Origin: the human T2T-CHM13v2.0 reference genome, Homo sapiens
Assembly (NCBI RefSeq): GCF_009914755.1
Contig: NC_060928.1
Length of the DNA: 64,000 bases
Reading direction: 5' to 3' (one strand)
Made by a program: the position numbers and the translations under genes. Shown here piece by piece: positions 42,892 to 55,590 of the stretch (within the stretch, counting starts at the first letter, position 1; each line of letters begins with the position of its first letter). A model generated the notes under the pieces. That model was not told the DNA's origin and did not search any database. It saw only the letters and a list, made by a program, of their open reading frames with translations.

Positions 42892-43699
42892 CTGTTGGAA
42901 AACAAAGCCCAGACACTTGGCACCTCCCGGGAATTTCCATGGTGACCAAAGCATAACAGCCCCGTGTGTGGTTGCCAGGACCCACTAGCAACGGGTCACC
43001 TGAGCGGCACGTGCGGCTCTGCTGCCCATGCGTGATCTCTTCACCGGCCTGGATTCGAGGCCCTTGCTGTGCACTGGAATGTTCTCACCATGCTGCTTTT
43101 CACTCAGGACTTCTAGGGCTTGTTTCTTCCCAACAAGGTAGAAAAGGCCCTTAAAAGTGACGACCCTGAAGCTCGTGAATTAGCAACTGCATTCAGAGGC
43201 TCGTTTCTAAGCCTTGGCTTATCTGGGCAACTGCTGTTCCAGTAAAGGAAAATATGTCCAGAAAACATGTAATAGAGAAGGCATTTATGAGCACTTGGAA
43301 AAGCCATAAGCATATGAAGCCTCCTCGGTTGGCGGTGGTTTTATTACTCTCCCATTCCACTGGACAAATTATTCTTCAATATGACACATGAAATTTATAT
43401 GAGTGGACTCTCAAGAATTTTCTTAAGATGCAAAACAAAAATTATCCTTAAAATATGATGAAATGCCGTGGCTACACTGCATAGAACCCAGGAATGGGAG
43501 ACACCGCTAATGATATGGATCAAAGGCAATCAGTCAGTACAGAGTAAGAAAGGCCACAATGGAGGAACTGAGTGCACCTCTGCGCTTCAGCGCCGCGCTC
43601 TGCAGGGCGTGGCCACCTGGTCCTGGTCCACGTGCCTCAGCACAGAGGCCGCAGACAAATGCCACTGCTCCCGGAGAGAAGCTCTCGGCAGAGCACAGG

Positions 43700-43866
43700 C
43701 GCTGAGCCCGACAAACGTGTTCCGTAAGGGTCCAGGTGGGAGATGTTACCGGCTTTGCGGGCCACGGTCTCGGGCAACTGCCTACTGTGCCGTGGAAGCA
43801 CAAAGGCACCCACAGACGACACTCAGGTGAACGGCAGGATTGGACTGAGTTTGCTGGCCCTGGTCT
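43700..43866 (+). mobile_element. MER58-like hAT-Charlie relic
   Basis: caaacgtgttccgtaagggtccagg..ggctttgcgggccacggtctc..gagtttgctggccctggtcta. Confidence 0.55.
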
Positions 43867-44005
43867 AGTGGATCGCTGGCAACTTCTCCACCTGGCTGAC
43901 CTTGGCCTCCCCAAGACAGTGGTATGGATGGGCACACACAGAGTGGCACACAACGGTCATCCAGCCTTGGCCATAGCCTCACTGGGAAATCAGTTGTGGC
44001 TTTCA

Positions 44006-44434
<429 letters not shown>

Positions 44435-45200
44435 AGGAGCCAAGGAAAACCCCTCCCTGTGGCCAGTTCGATGTTAAGACGAGTAAATGTGGCCACATAC
44501 GTGCGCCACAATCAGACACGCCCCTCTCCGGAACCGCAGGCTCAGGGAAGGGCTTTATACAACGAATCCCGAGAGAGGCTCAGAGCCAGTCACAGGGACG
44601 TTCCACTGGTCCCAGATCAAGTGTGAAAGCAGTGACAGGGGAGATGAAAGGCCACGTCTGCAGTCACCTGAGACATTGTGCTAAAATGCAGCAGCACTCA
44701 GTCCAGTTCCTAGCAGCAAAAGTGGAATGACGTCTCCACGGACACAGTGGCCCTGCCCACCGCAGCAGCACCAGCACCAGCACAAGTGGCTCCTCAAAAT
44801 CAGTGCAATGAAAGGAAATCGGAGACCCTCACTCACACAGCCGCCTTCCCCCAACCCAGCGGCTGCCGTGCTAAACAGCACAGCACTGCAGCTTCTGTCC
44901 CCGGATGGAAGAGAGATGCCGGATCAGAACGTGGGGTTGGGGCCCTCTGATTTCCTGGGTGACATAGGTAAAAGAATATAATAAACAAGGAAACTGCCAG
45001 GAAACAAATTTAAATTGGAGGCTGAGTCCCCCGAATGCTCAGAGAATTCTCAAAGTAGCTGCAAAAGGTGTGTGAGAGGGCCTGGGTGTGTGCAGATCTG
45101 GAGACGCCCCGACAGGTTTCTTTTGCAAAAATTTCTGATGTAGCCATATTTTCTTGTAATCCTACAGTTTTTACTAAACACCGAACACACGTGAATGTTT

Positions 45201-45410
45201 GGGTTGCAAAGGCGGTGTGTGTCGGCTCATGGGTGACGCTAAGGCGGTGTGTGTCAGCTCTGGGTGATGCTAAGGGGGTGCGTGTCGGTCTGGGTAAGGG
45301 GGTGCGTGTAGGCTCTGGGTGACGCTAAGGGGGTGCGTGTCAGTCTGGGTGATACTAAGGCGGTGCGTGTCGGTCTGGGTGATGCTAAGGGGATGCGTGT
45401 CGCTCTGGGC
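45201..45410 (+). repeat. Minisatellite, ~7 copies of a ~30-bp unit
   Basis: gggtga(c/t)gctaagg(g/c)ggtgcgtgtcggtct. Confidence 0.93.
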
Positions 45411-45457
45411 GGTTGTGTAACATGGATGTAGAGAACGCGACAGCACCCACGGCTCAC

Positions 45458-45525
45458 CTGGGAACACAAAGCCAGGACGGCGCTCTCCAACACTTCTCCC
45501 GCCTGCTCACCAGAGAAGTATCCTC
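45458..45525 (-). CDS. ACOX3: ACOX3 coding exon (exon 16), 68 nt: (G)GYFSGEQAGEVLESAVLALCSQ
   Basis: TTGCAG acceptor, GTGAGC donor, phase 1-0; bridges exons 15 and 17 in frame. Confidence 0.94.
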
Positions 45526-46167
45526 CTGCAAGCACAGCCTCGGTCACATGGGGGCTGGGTCCAGTCCAAAACCACCCCCAATACCAACATGCCCTGAGTG
45601 CACTTTCCAAATCGGCCATATAGGAGGCCTGTTTTGGGTGAACACATCAGTGTCATTGCTGTCCCCAGCCCAGATGTGACCCAAGGAATGTGCTGCTCAG
45701 GGGCCGAGTTCTGAGACCCTTTTCCCACTCAGGCATTGATGGTCTCTGGCCCGCGGCAGCGAGGGAGGCAAGGTCCCAGGCTCAGAGGTGACAGGTGGCC
45801 GCTGGGCTCATACCTGCTGGGGTTCAGGGAGGCTGGGCGGGTTCCTTCCTCGGGAGAAAGTGAGGAAGGGGCTCCTGGGCAGAGTGAAGCAGGGGTGCAT
45901 GGCAGGGGGCGCAGGGGCGAGGGGGTGCCTGGGACCACCCAGGGGAGTTGGGGGCGGTGGGCACCTGCAGGGACTCAGAGGCTGCAGGGGGACTTGGTCC
46001 TTGGTGTCACCTCCAGCCGCTGTGGTTTCTGGCAGGGCCCTAAGAGGTCCAAGGCTGTGGCCTTGTGCGTTCGGGAGCACATCTGTGGTGGGATCTGCGT
46101 TTGCTGTGATTTCCGCTGGAGAGAACTGTGTCTCATCACTTAGGGTTTTTCTCAGGCAGCAGTGGGG

Positions 46168-46290
46168 CTCCTGCCCTGTGCCCGCCCTCTCTGGCAGACA
46201 CTTGTGTCCCTTCCTTGGTGCACCTGAGCACTGTCAAGGCCTCCACGGGGTCAGCACCACCCTCCAGGGGGTAAACGCTGGCTCTTGGGG
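46168..46290 (+). repeat. Diverged ~120-bp direct repeat, copy 2
   Basis: Colinear with 44314-44434. Confidence 0.8.
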
Positions 46291-46874
46291 TGGGGAGGAT
46301 CTTATTCTTCACAAGCCCAGAGACACAGGACATGAATGGATATGCAGTGTATCCTAGTACCAAAGATGCATGGGTGCCAGCCATTGGGAAAAACCACCTA
46401 AAAAGCTTCCTGGGGGGCAAAGACGAACAAAAAGTTGACAAACTTTGGTTTAGCCTATTCCCACCAATCCTCCAGGAATCAGCCCCAGCACCCCCTCCTC
46501 CAGGAAGCCTTCCAGTATTCCCAAGTCTAGGCACTCCTGGCTCGTGTCTGTCTGTGCCTTATGGGACCTAGGGGGTGGGCTTCTGCTCTCTGCAGAGCCC
46601 GGCAGGCTGCCTGGCATGAGGGGGCCTTCTGGAAGTGTTCTCTGAACCGAACCCCAAGTGAAAGAAAAATTGGGTTTCTCGGCACCACCCTGACGCTGCT
46701 CTGCCCCATATGCTTCTCATTATGGAACTGGGCTTCTCATCTGTCCACAGCGCCATCCGCCGTGCTCAGTGAGTCCCGTGGAAGGAGGACGATGGTGCAG
46801 GAAGCAGCTTCCTAGATACAACACGGGGGCCCTGACTCTGGGGAGGACAGCAAGCCCGCAGTCAGAAGCCTCAC

Positions 46875-47049
46875 CTCGGTAGAGCAGGGCCGCGTGGCGG
46901 CTCAGGGACCACAGGGCGTACAGAGCACTGAGCCGCCCCAGCACGGCCCGCAGCGAGGGCGGCACGGAAGGCTGGTGCACGTGCTCGTGGAACCTCTGGA
47001 CCACCGTGAGCTCCACGAAGGCCAGCGCCAACGGACGGCCGTGGGACAC
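46875..47049 (-). CDS. ACOX3: ACOX3 coding exon (exon 15), 175 nt: [58 protein letters not shown](G)
   Basis: TTCCAG acceptor, GTGAG donor, phase 0-1. Helical segment of the ACOX C-terminal domain. Confidence 0.96.
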
Positions 47050-47599
47050 CTGGAACACAGGACGGCACCGTGAGGACCGTGAGGGTCCCAGCCCCGCCCA
47101 GATTCCCGGGGGAGGAAGTTCTCAGGAAACACGAACGCGGGTCTGCGTTCCCGTGCATGTCCTAGGACAGTAACATAAGGTGAGGCAGAGCACAGATGCG
47201 GCGCAGCACGAGACATGTTTCCAGAACACAATGGAAGAGGCCTATGAAGATGGAGCTGGGACTGCTCTGGCTCCACCGACGCCCTCCAAGGCCTCAGTCT
47301 CAGCTCAGCTCCCGTCTGGGACTGGGGTTGGCACCAGCACTGCATACGGAGCCTGGAGCCGGCCTCGGGATGCTCTGCGGCTACAGAGTGGGCGCCCACC
47401 AGGAGGCCCCCAAGGGCCCAGGACCTGGCTTCTTCCACACGGGAAGACACAGAGGAGCTGGAGAAGGGGCTTGTCAGGCTCCTCCCTGAGCTCAGAATTG
47501 ACTTCACTTCTCCAAAGATCTGCCACCCCGTCCTCCAAAGCCTCCAAAGCAGGCTTCTCTCCCTCTCCCCCTGCCGTAAGGCCCCCGCAGGCTCTGCCG

Positions 47600-48092
47600 C
47601 TCCCATCTTTATGTCCATGAGTGCCCCATGTTTAGCTCCCACTTGTACATGTGAACATGCAGCATTTGATTTTCTGTTGCTGCGTTAGTCTGCTGAGGAT
47701 AATGGCGTGCAGCTGCATCCATGTTGCTGCAAAAGACATGACTGTTCGTAGTGATGGCTGCACGGTATCCCATGGTGTCTATGTACCCCATTTTCTTTAT
47801 GCAGTCCACCGCTGATGGGCACCTGTGTTGATTTCACATTTTTGCTATTGTGAATAGCGCTGCGATGGACATACAGGTACATGTATCTGGCTGGCAGGAT
47901 GATTGCTTTTCTTTGGGGTGTATACCCAGTAATGGGATCACTGGGTCAAGGGGAAGGGCAACTCTTAGCTCTCTGAGAAATTGCCAAGCTGCCCTCCACG
48001 GTGGCTGAACGAATCTGCGTTCCCACCAACCGTGTATCTGTGTCACTTTTCTCTACAGCCTCGCCAGCATCTGTTATTTTTCTTTTTTAATG
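47600..48092 (-). mobile_element. L1PB-type LINE-1 3' fragment
   Basis: tttagctcccactt, catccatgttgctgcaaaagacatg and tatacccagtaatggga. ORF PLDPVIPLLGIHPKE matches the L1 ORF2 C-terminus. Confidence 0.88.
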
Positions 48093-49760
48093 AATATCAA
48101 AAACATTTGCTGATAATCATCAACTTCACTTATTAGCCTTTCTTTCCCTGTCTCCCATTTATCATCTTACCAGATTTTTTAAATTAGGAAAACAACACAC
48201 GCATTGCTTGACTTGTTAGGATGAGCAGGTGCTACTTTTAAAATTAAAAAAAAAAAAAAAATCCAGCCAAGTGATGAAATATGGTGTATGGGGGACTGAC
48301 TGCTGCAGGAGGACCCGGCTGCATGCCTGGCCTATGACGCTGCTATGACGCTGCCCCAAATCTTCCCAGAACACAGCAGGGTGAAGCACACGGCAGCAGG
48401 GTCTCCAGTCACAAAGCCAGTGTCCTCCAGGGCCCTGCTGGGATCAGGAGCCTCGGGAAAACAGAAACCGGGAGAAGCGCCTTTCCCGCTGTGCTTCATG
48501 CCAGCCTGACTGGTCCTGTCCCAAGACCCCCGCTGGGCCCTGCACACTCCTGGGTGGGCCGTCCTGTCGGTGCCAGGAAGGCCCGTCCTGCTCCCTGCTG
48601 TCTGAGCATGGAGCATGCCAGCATGGGGCCTTGGGGTTTCCTGCCCTCTTCTGATCTCACATGCGCTATAGCTCTGGGCCTTGGTTTTGGTGAGTGAGGG
48701 CTGGTGGCAGGATCTGGACTTGCTCTGGGGCAGTAGGGACTGCCTGACAGACCCCAGCTAGGACTAGCACCCAAATTTCCCAGAGCCCTGCCGAGTGAGG
48801 TGGGGCAGCCCTCAGGCTCCCACCTGAGGCCTCTGGCAGGAGGCTGATAATACAGGCCTGTGGGGGAGCTGCCAGGTGTGGTGCTGCAGCTCCAGGCCTC
48901 AGCCCTTCCTCCTTCCACCTTCCATGAAACAAGCGGGTGACGGCATCTGCACCCCCGTAGGCTGCTCCTGTGTCCACGAGAACACGATAATTCCATTGAA
49001 TCCTGCCCACACCCCAAAACGTGCTCCCACACCACGAGGGCCTCTCCTCTCGCCATGGGTCCTCTGCGAACCCAGAGATGAGGCCAATCCCAGCAGGGCC
49101 CAGGCACAGAGAGGCCGTCCTTGAACCTAATCTGAGTGAGCCCTGTGCCCCGCACCACTCTCCCCGTCGCCTGCACAGTTGCTGTGTTAGAGCGGCACTG
49201 CTTCAGTGTTTTTCCATGAAAGTGACACAGCTTGATACAGCGATGGCACAGGCCAGACATGCTGCGGGGGCCAGAAAGACAGCCCCTCCTGGAACCTTGC
49301 TGCTGTCAAATAATGCATCGCGAGTGCCAGTGAGTTTTGAAACACAGCGTCACTCGGCTCTGCAGCTCTGCAGCTCTGCGCGTGAGCAAAAGGCGTCATG
49401 GCTCCAAGCCTCAGCGTTGTCTCCTGCGTGGTGCTGCTGGGGTCAGGGCGGCTCTCTCACAGGAAGCGCCTGCGATGGCAGCTCTACTGTACTCAACGGC
49501 ATCTCAGTCCCCAGGATTTGCCTGCATGATACTGCGCTGTTCTTCCAGGAAAGGTCCACGTAAGGCCAGCAGTCACCGGGGGGGACACAGGCTCTGGGGA
49601 TGGGCTCCCTAAACAGTGTCTGCCATGGCAACCAGCAGAGCTGACCACAGCATTAACCAAGGTGGGCTGGGGCCCAGGAAGCATCCCATGCGGTATGGAC
49701 TCTGGCGACCCGGGGGGACAGTAATGCCTCAGGTGCAGTCCCTCCCCCACGGACAAAGTG

Positions 49761-49889
49761 TCCCCACAGCTACGGTTAGGGCTGGCGCACTCCAGCCGAG
49801 AGTGCTCACGGCACCCAGACACATCCGGGAGCCCCACTGCCCCCACCAGCTGCCCCCTAGACAGGGCGGGGCTGGGCTCTGCTCTAGGG
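49761..49889 (+). repeat. ~130-bp near-identical direct repeat, copy 1 (copy 2 at 52693-52824)
   Basis: tccccacagctacggttagggctggcgcactccagcc...gctgggctctgctctaggg. Confidence 0.93.
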
Positions 49890-50382
49890 GGATCTTCTGG
49901 ACCACCTCAGCTGCCCCTCCAGAGCTGCCAAACTGTCCCCAGCTAGGACTGTGACAGGCACTTCTCAGGCTCGATGCAGCTAAGGTCAGCTGTCCGTAAA
50001 CCTTCAGCACAGGAGAGAGGAGAGGGTCCCAGTCTGGTACACTCTGGTTGGTGAAGTACATTTTAAGAGGCAATGCATACTTCAGGCAAAAAAACAAACC
50101 CCAAACTGTCCAAATTCAGACTGCAGCCATGCAGCCTGGGGAAAGGGTTGGACTCTGTGACAGCTGGCCGGGGTGCAATCCTGGCCCCGGCACGGGCGAG
50201 CTGGGGGACCTTGGGCATTTCTCTTGGCCTCAACTTCCTTCACTCCCAAAGTAGACAACGTGAAATGACCCAGGTACAGAATCCAGCGTGTGGCTCAGGG
50301 AGAACAAATGTCCTCGTCCTTGTCCACCTTCTGATGTGCAAATCCCTGAAGGAAACCTCGAGCCCTTGTGGCAGGGGTTGGT

Positions 50383-50570
50383 CCCAGGCTGGAAGCAGGC
50401 TGCGGGGACGCCACCACCCATCTTTTTACTCCCAGGCTGGAAGCAGGCTGCGGGGACGCCACCGCCCATCTTTTTACTCCCAGGCTGGAGGCAGGCTGCG
50501 GGGACGCCATCGCCCATCTTTTTACTCCCAGGCTAGAGGTAGGGAGGAGGGACGCCACCACCCATCTTTT
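50383..50570 (+). repeat. Minisatellite, ~4 copies of a 48-bp unit
   Basis: cccaggctggaagcaggctgcggggacgccaccacccatctttttact, starts at 50383, 50431, 50479 and 50527. Confidence 0.93.
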
Positions 50571-51699
50571 GTATCTACTGGCTGTTGAACATGTAAAGGT
50601 GTCACTCAGCCAAAAAATGAGAGAAATGCATTTTTAAAGACCTTTCTGTGCATGCCAGGCTTACAGTGGGTAAATGGTGGATAGCAGTTACTGGCAGGAG
50701 CCAGAAAATGTTTAAAAGTTAATAGATTTTCTCCACCAGGTCAAAGAGTAAGCACATTTTTAACAAAAATGGTCAGTAACCTTCCCAAAGGACACAGCCA
50801 TCACCCTCTCCATGAACGGTGCTGCTGCCCAAGCCCAGCCTGATGCCTGTGGAAGTGTGGCTTTGACCTGCAGCTCCTGGCCCTGGCTCCAGGTCAGTGG
50901 CTGCTGGGGCTGGTTTCCGACCAGGCTGGCATCTATCTGAAGGAATTCCTTCCTTCCTGGGGGTGTTCTCCGTCGGCGACATGTTACGTGGGCTTCCACA
51001 GGCTGCTGTGTGTCTTCCGATTTTGTTTAGAGCATCTTTTGCAATGCAGAAATGCTGAACCTTTATGCAGCCAAATCCGATGGTTTTTTTAACAGCTTCC
51101 GGTTCCCATCTTCCTGAAAAGGCTGGTCTAGGCTGAGGCTTTCTTGGTATGCCGTATTGCAGGGGAAGGGGCTGCGTCTCCCCTGGGCCCCCTTAGCATT
51201 CAGCCCAGGGCCCTAAGGGCTCTCAACTATCACAAATGTCCCCTGCTCTTAAAAGCTCCGCGACCCGGGGCAGGTCTGGAACACGAAGCCCTGCCCTGGC
51301 AACTGTTTTCCCTCCAAGGCCTTGGGGCTGGTGTCTGTGGGTGTCTGTCAGCTCCACAGCTCAGCCCAGGGTCACCGTCTCAGCCGGATCAGAACCCAGG
51401 ACCCCTCCTGGCCTCTGCCGCAGCCCTCCGTGAAATTCTGCTACCAAGTTCTCGAAGGAAAAGCTACAGGTGAGGAGGGGTTTCTCAGCAGCTGAGCCAC
51501 ACACTCGGGGTGTTGTGGGGTCACACATGCCAGGTCCCCAGCATAGATCGGGGCTGGAAGGGGGTGCTAAGGACCTACCGGGCAGTTCTAAGAGACACAG
51601 GTGTTGTTAGGAAGGGGGTCCTTTTGTGCCCCCCATCTCTGGGGTTCTTGTTTCATAACTCTTTGGAGAATCTCTATTCCATTAAAAAAATGTTTTCTT

Positions 51700-51853
51700 T
51701 CTTTTCTGAGACAGGGTCTTGCTCTGTTGCCCGTGCTGGAGTGCAGTGATGTGATCACGGCCTACTGCAGCCTCAACCTCCTGGGCTCAAGCGATCTTCC
51801 TGCCTCAGCCTCCTAAAGTGCTGGCATTACAGACATGAGCCAGTGCAGCAGCC
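51700..51853 (-). mobile_element. Alu monomer (FRAM/FLAM-like or recombined AluJ)
   Basis: Single ~150-bp Alu arm. Confidence 0.8.
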
Positions 51854-52055
51854 TATTCCACCTTAACGCGAGGATGTGGCCTGCAGAGGAGGGAGCAGTG
51901 GAAGCTGACAGGCATCCACTGGTTTCTGAATGACCCAACCTGCTGTGTATCACCCAAGGTGGGTAAACAAGGCGGCCTGTTCTGGAAGGGTCACTTCACG
52001 CTTTGGTCACCATGGCCCTAAACTACAAGTTTTACAGACCCTGGCCACCTGCTGA

Positions 52056-52393
<338 letters not shown>

Positions 52394-52692
52394 CAATCTG
52401 GGTTTCTTTGAGCTTGACAGGAGCCCATCCTTCCTGCCTTCTCTCCTCATCCCAGGGCAGGTGTGTCTAGCAGGTTCCTAGAGGCGCTGGCCTGAGGGGC
52501 GGGGCTGCCCCCCAGCAGCAGGCTGTGAGGTGCTGGGCCTTCCCAGAGACAGGCAGATGTGGACCTGGGTCCCCATAGCGGCTTCATTACTGAAGGTGAC
52601 CCATAACCTCATGAACCGACGCTAGGGAGAAGGGGTGACAGCAGCTCTCTCCGTATCCACGGCCTCCCTGCACAACACTCATGGCCTGAGTC

Positions 52693-52824
52693 TCCCCACA
52701 GCTACGGTTAGGGCTGGCGCACTCCAGCCAAGAGTGCTCATGGCACCCACAGACACATCCGGGAGCCCTACTGCCCCCACCGGCTGCCCCCTAGACAGGG
52801 TGGGGGCTGGGCTCTGCTCTAGGG
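52693..52824 (+). repeat. ~130-bp near-identical direct repeat, copy 2
   Basis: Colinear with 49761-49889, differing by a handful of substitutions and small indels. Confidence 0.93.
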
Positions 52825-53396
52825 CAGATAGCTGGGACAGGGCTGGAAGGTTCCTGGCATGACAAGGTGTTTTATAACAGGCTATTTTTTCCCTGTGGCT
52901 TCCTGGAACATGAGAGACAGCCCTGTCCAAGTGTGAGAACCAAAGCGCTTTCCAAGGCCAACGATGACCCACTCACCATTGCCACCCCAGCCCCTCGGGA
53001 AGGCGAGAGCAACTTGTGGAAAACCAAGCAGGGCGCTGGCATCACTCCCACGAGTCAGGAGGGAGTGCTCTGAGTGCCCGCAATGGTGTCTCCGCCACTC
53101 TGTGCATCCAAGGCTCTCACAACCCAGAGCTTCACCGCTCTGGTTTACGGGCTGGGAACCGTCAGGCACGGTAAATGTAACATCCATGACCTCCCCAGCC
53201 CAGCAAGACAGGTGCTGCCATCCCTGTGTTACAGAGGAGCTGAGCAAGCAGCAAAGTCATCAAGTCATCTGCCCAAGGTCACGGGAGCTCGGGGTCTGGG
53301 GCCTGAATTGCCAGGATGTTCAAACTCCCAGGGACACAACGGCCGGGGAATTAAGAGCAAATAATACAAAAGGGAATTTTGAAAACAAATACTTAC

Positions 53397-53512
53397 CTGG
53401 CATTTGTTCCTTGCTTCAAAGTCACTGCTTCCTGATCTTTTCTCTTGGTTTAATTTTTGATAAGTCTCTCGGAGCAGGTAGCAAACCAGCCACTTGTATG
53501 CTGCCAGGGCGA
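53397..53512 (-). CDS. ACOX3: ACOX3 coding exon (exon 14), 116 nt: (V)[38 protein letters not shown]
   Basis: Pyrimidine tract then AAG acceptor, GTAAGT donor, phase 1-0. Confidence 0.95.
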
Positions 53513-54616
53513 CTTCGGAATGACAAACAGAAGGAGAAAAAGTAACAATAGAGAACACAGCATTTGTCACAACTCACCCCCAGGGACAAGGCACTGCCAG
53601 CATCCTGCAGGTACCAGGTTGTCTTCATTGACAACCAAGTGTATGGGGTGGGTCTGATTTTATAGGTAGGGAAACTGAAGCACAGGGAGGGCACCTGCCC
53701 AGGGCCCCCCTGGCTGGAGGCACTTCCTGGCTCAGCCCAGGGCTGTCCTGAGTTCTACACTGTTCCAGCAGCCTGGAGGCCACAGGAACACGGTGCCGCC
53801 GCTAGAGTGGGCCCCCGAGTGGGACGGCTGCACGTTCTCGCACGCACCAGGCTCGGTCTGTGTGAAGCGTGGTGCTGCCTCCACAGCATCAGCCAGGACT
53901 GCATGGGCAGCAGGACAACTGGCCGGCGGTGGCGCCCAGTGGCGAGAGGAAGGGGTGCTTCCGTTCGCCTCCCCCTGCCTGGCCCTTGGACCTCACCGCA
54001 TGCTGGAGCTGTGGAACTGGGGACTGACATGGTGGGGGAGGGGGGAACCTAAGGCCTCACCCCCTGCGTGGCCCCTTCCACAAAGCTCAAAAGGGCAGGA
54101 GGGAGCAGATGTTGCAGACAGGGAGGCCCCGGGGTGGGGTGTCAGGCAGGACAGCTGGAGATCCCCCTTCGTCCTCCCCTTCCCCTGGCAGTGGTGCCCA
54201 CATCTGCGGGGCCCCCCACAGCACAGCCAGAGCTGGCCTCCCACAGTACTCCGTATGGACCAGGCATGGTCCTGAGACCCCACCAGGCTGTACTGCTACT
54301 ACCCCACTGATGAGGACACGGGCCCAGGGACCCAGGTACATGGCGAGCATGTGAGGGAGGGGTGCAGACCACCCACATGTGGAGGCCACGCTCACACCCA
54401 CCCCCTGCCCAGGCACAGAGGGCCTGGCGCCCAGACACGAGGCGCCTCCAGGCTGCAGGGGCCTTCTGCCTGGCAGCCGGTCTTGCTCAGAGATCCCAGG
54501 CAGGAGAATGGGGATCAGCCACACTGAGTCTGAGCCCAAAGGCTGAACTCAGTGGGGCTTGGGATTTCCTTCTATGTCACACAGCCCAGGTCACTGGGAA
54601 GAAAATACCCAACGTT

Positions 54617-54916
54617 GCTGGGCGCAGTGGCTCACACCTGTAATCCCAGCACTTTGGGAGGCAGAGGCGGGCGGATCACGAGGTCAGGAGATCGAGACCA
54701 TCCTGGCTAACACGGTGAAACCCCGTCTCTACTAAAAATACAAAAAATTAGCCGGGCGCAGTGGCAGGCGCCTGTAGTCCCAGCTACTCGGGAGGCTGAG
54801 GCAGGAGAATGGCGTGAACCCGGGAGGCGGAGTTGCAGTGAGCCGAGATCGCGCCACTGCACTCCAGCCTGGGCGACAGAGCGAGACTCCGTCTCAAAAA
54901 AAAAAAAAAAAAAAAA
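54617..54916 (+). mobile_element. AluY, CpG-rich
   Basis: Near-consensus AluY with ~20-bp TSD aagaaaatacccaacgttgc. Confidence 0.93.
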
Positions 54917-55209
54917 GAAAATACCCAACGTTGCAGTTCCTGCCACAGCACACCCGACTGCTTTCGGCTGTTACATCTGTTCACCCTCACGGCATAACTG
55001 AGAAGCCCGTCACAAACCAGAGCAGGCCGTTTCCCAGGCTCACACGTCAGGCGGCTTGCCGGAGGTCTCAGCTCCCCAGAGGGAGTGGGATGGAAAGACG
55101 GGTGCTGCTGACCCCGCAGGCAGGGCACAGGCAGGGTTGGGCGGAGGCTTCCTCCATGCAGGCATCTTCAGGGAGCCAAGGCTCCCCTCGCCAAGTCCTG
55201 CCAGGCATG

Positions 55210-55590
55210 GGGCGCTGAATGGTGGCCCCAACTGACCCCCACAGCTGTGAATGTGACCTTTGTTGGGAAGAGGGTCTTTGAAGATGTCATGAAGTTGAGG
55301 TATTCAGGTGAGGTCATCAGGGACTCCTGGACTAGGATGGATTCTAAATCCAATGACACGTGTCCTTACAAGATGCAGAGACAGCAAAGTCACAGAGGAG
55401 GCAAAGGCTGGCATGATGCACCCACAGCCAAGAACTCCTGGAGCTGCCAGGAGCCTGGGCGGGAAAAGCCCCCCCACCACGAGAGGGAGGCGGGTAGCCC
55501 TGCCCCATCCTGACTTGGGGTTTCTGCCTCTGCACCAAGAGAGTCACTGTCTGCTGTCTTCAGTGCCCAGGCCGTGGCTCTCTGCTGCTG
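55210..55590 (+). mobile_element. MLT1C/D-like MaLR LTR
   Basis: ctgaatggtggcccc, ctgtgaatgtgacctt, agggtctttg and ctaaatccaatgac..gtgtcctta. Confidence 0.75.

Noticed and set aside
45523-45528. CAG-GAG tandem acceptor at exon 16
   Set aside because: GAG is rarely used as the distal NAGNAG acceptor, and it would only drop one Gly.
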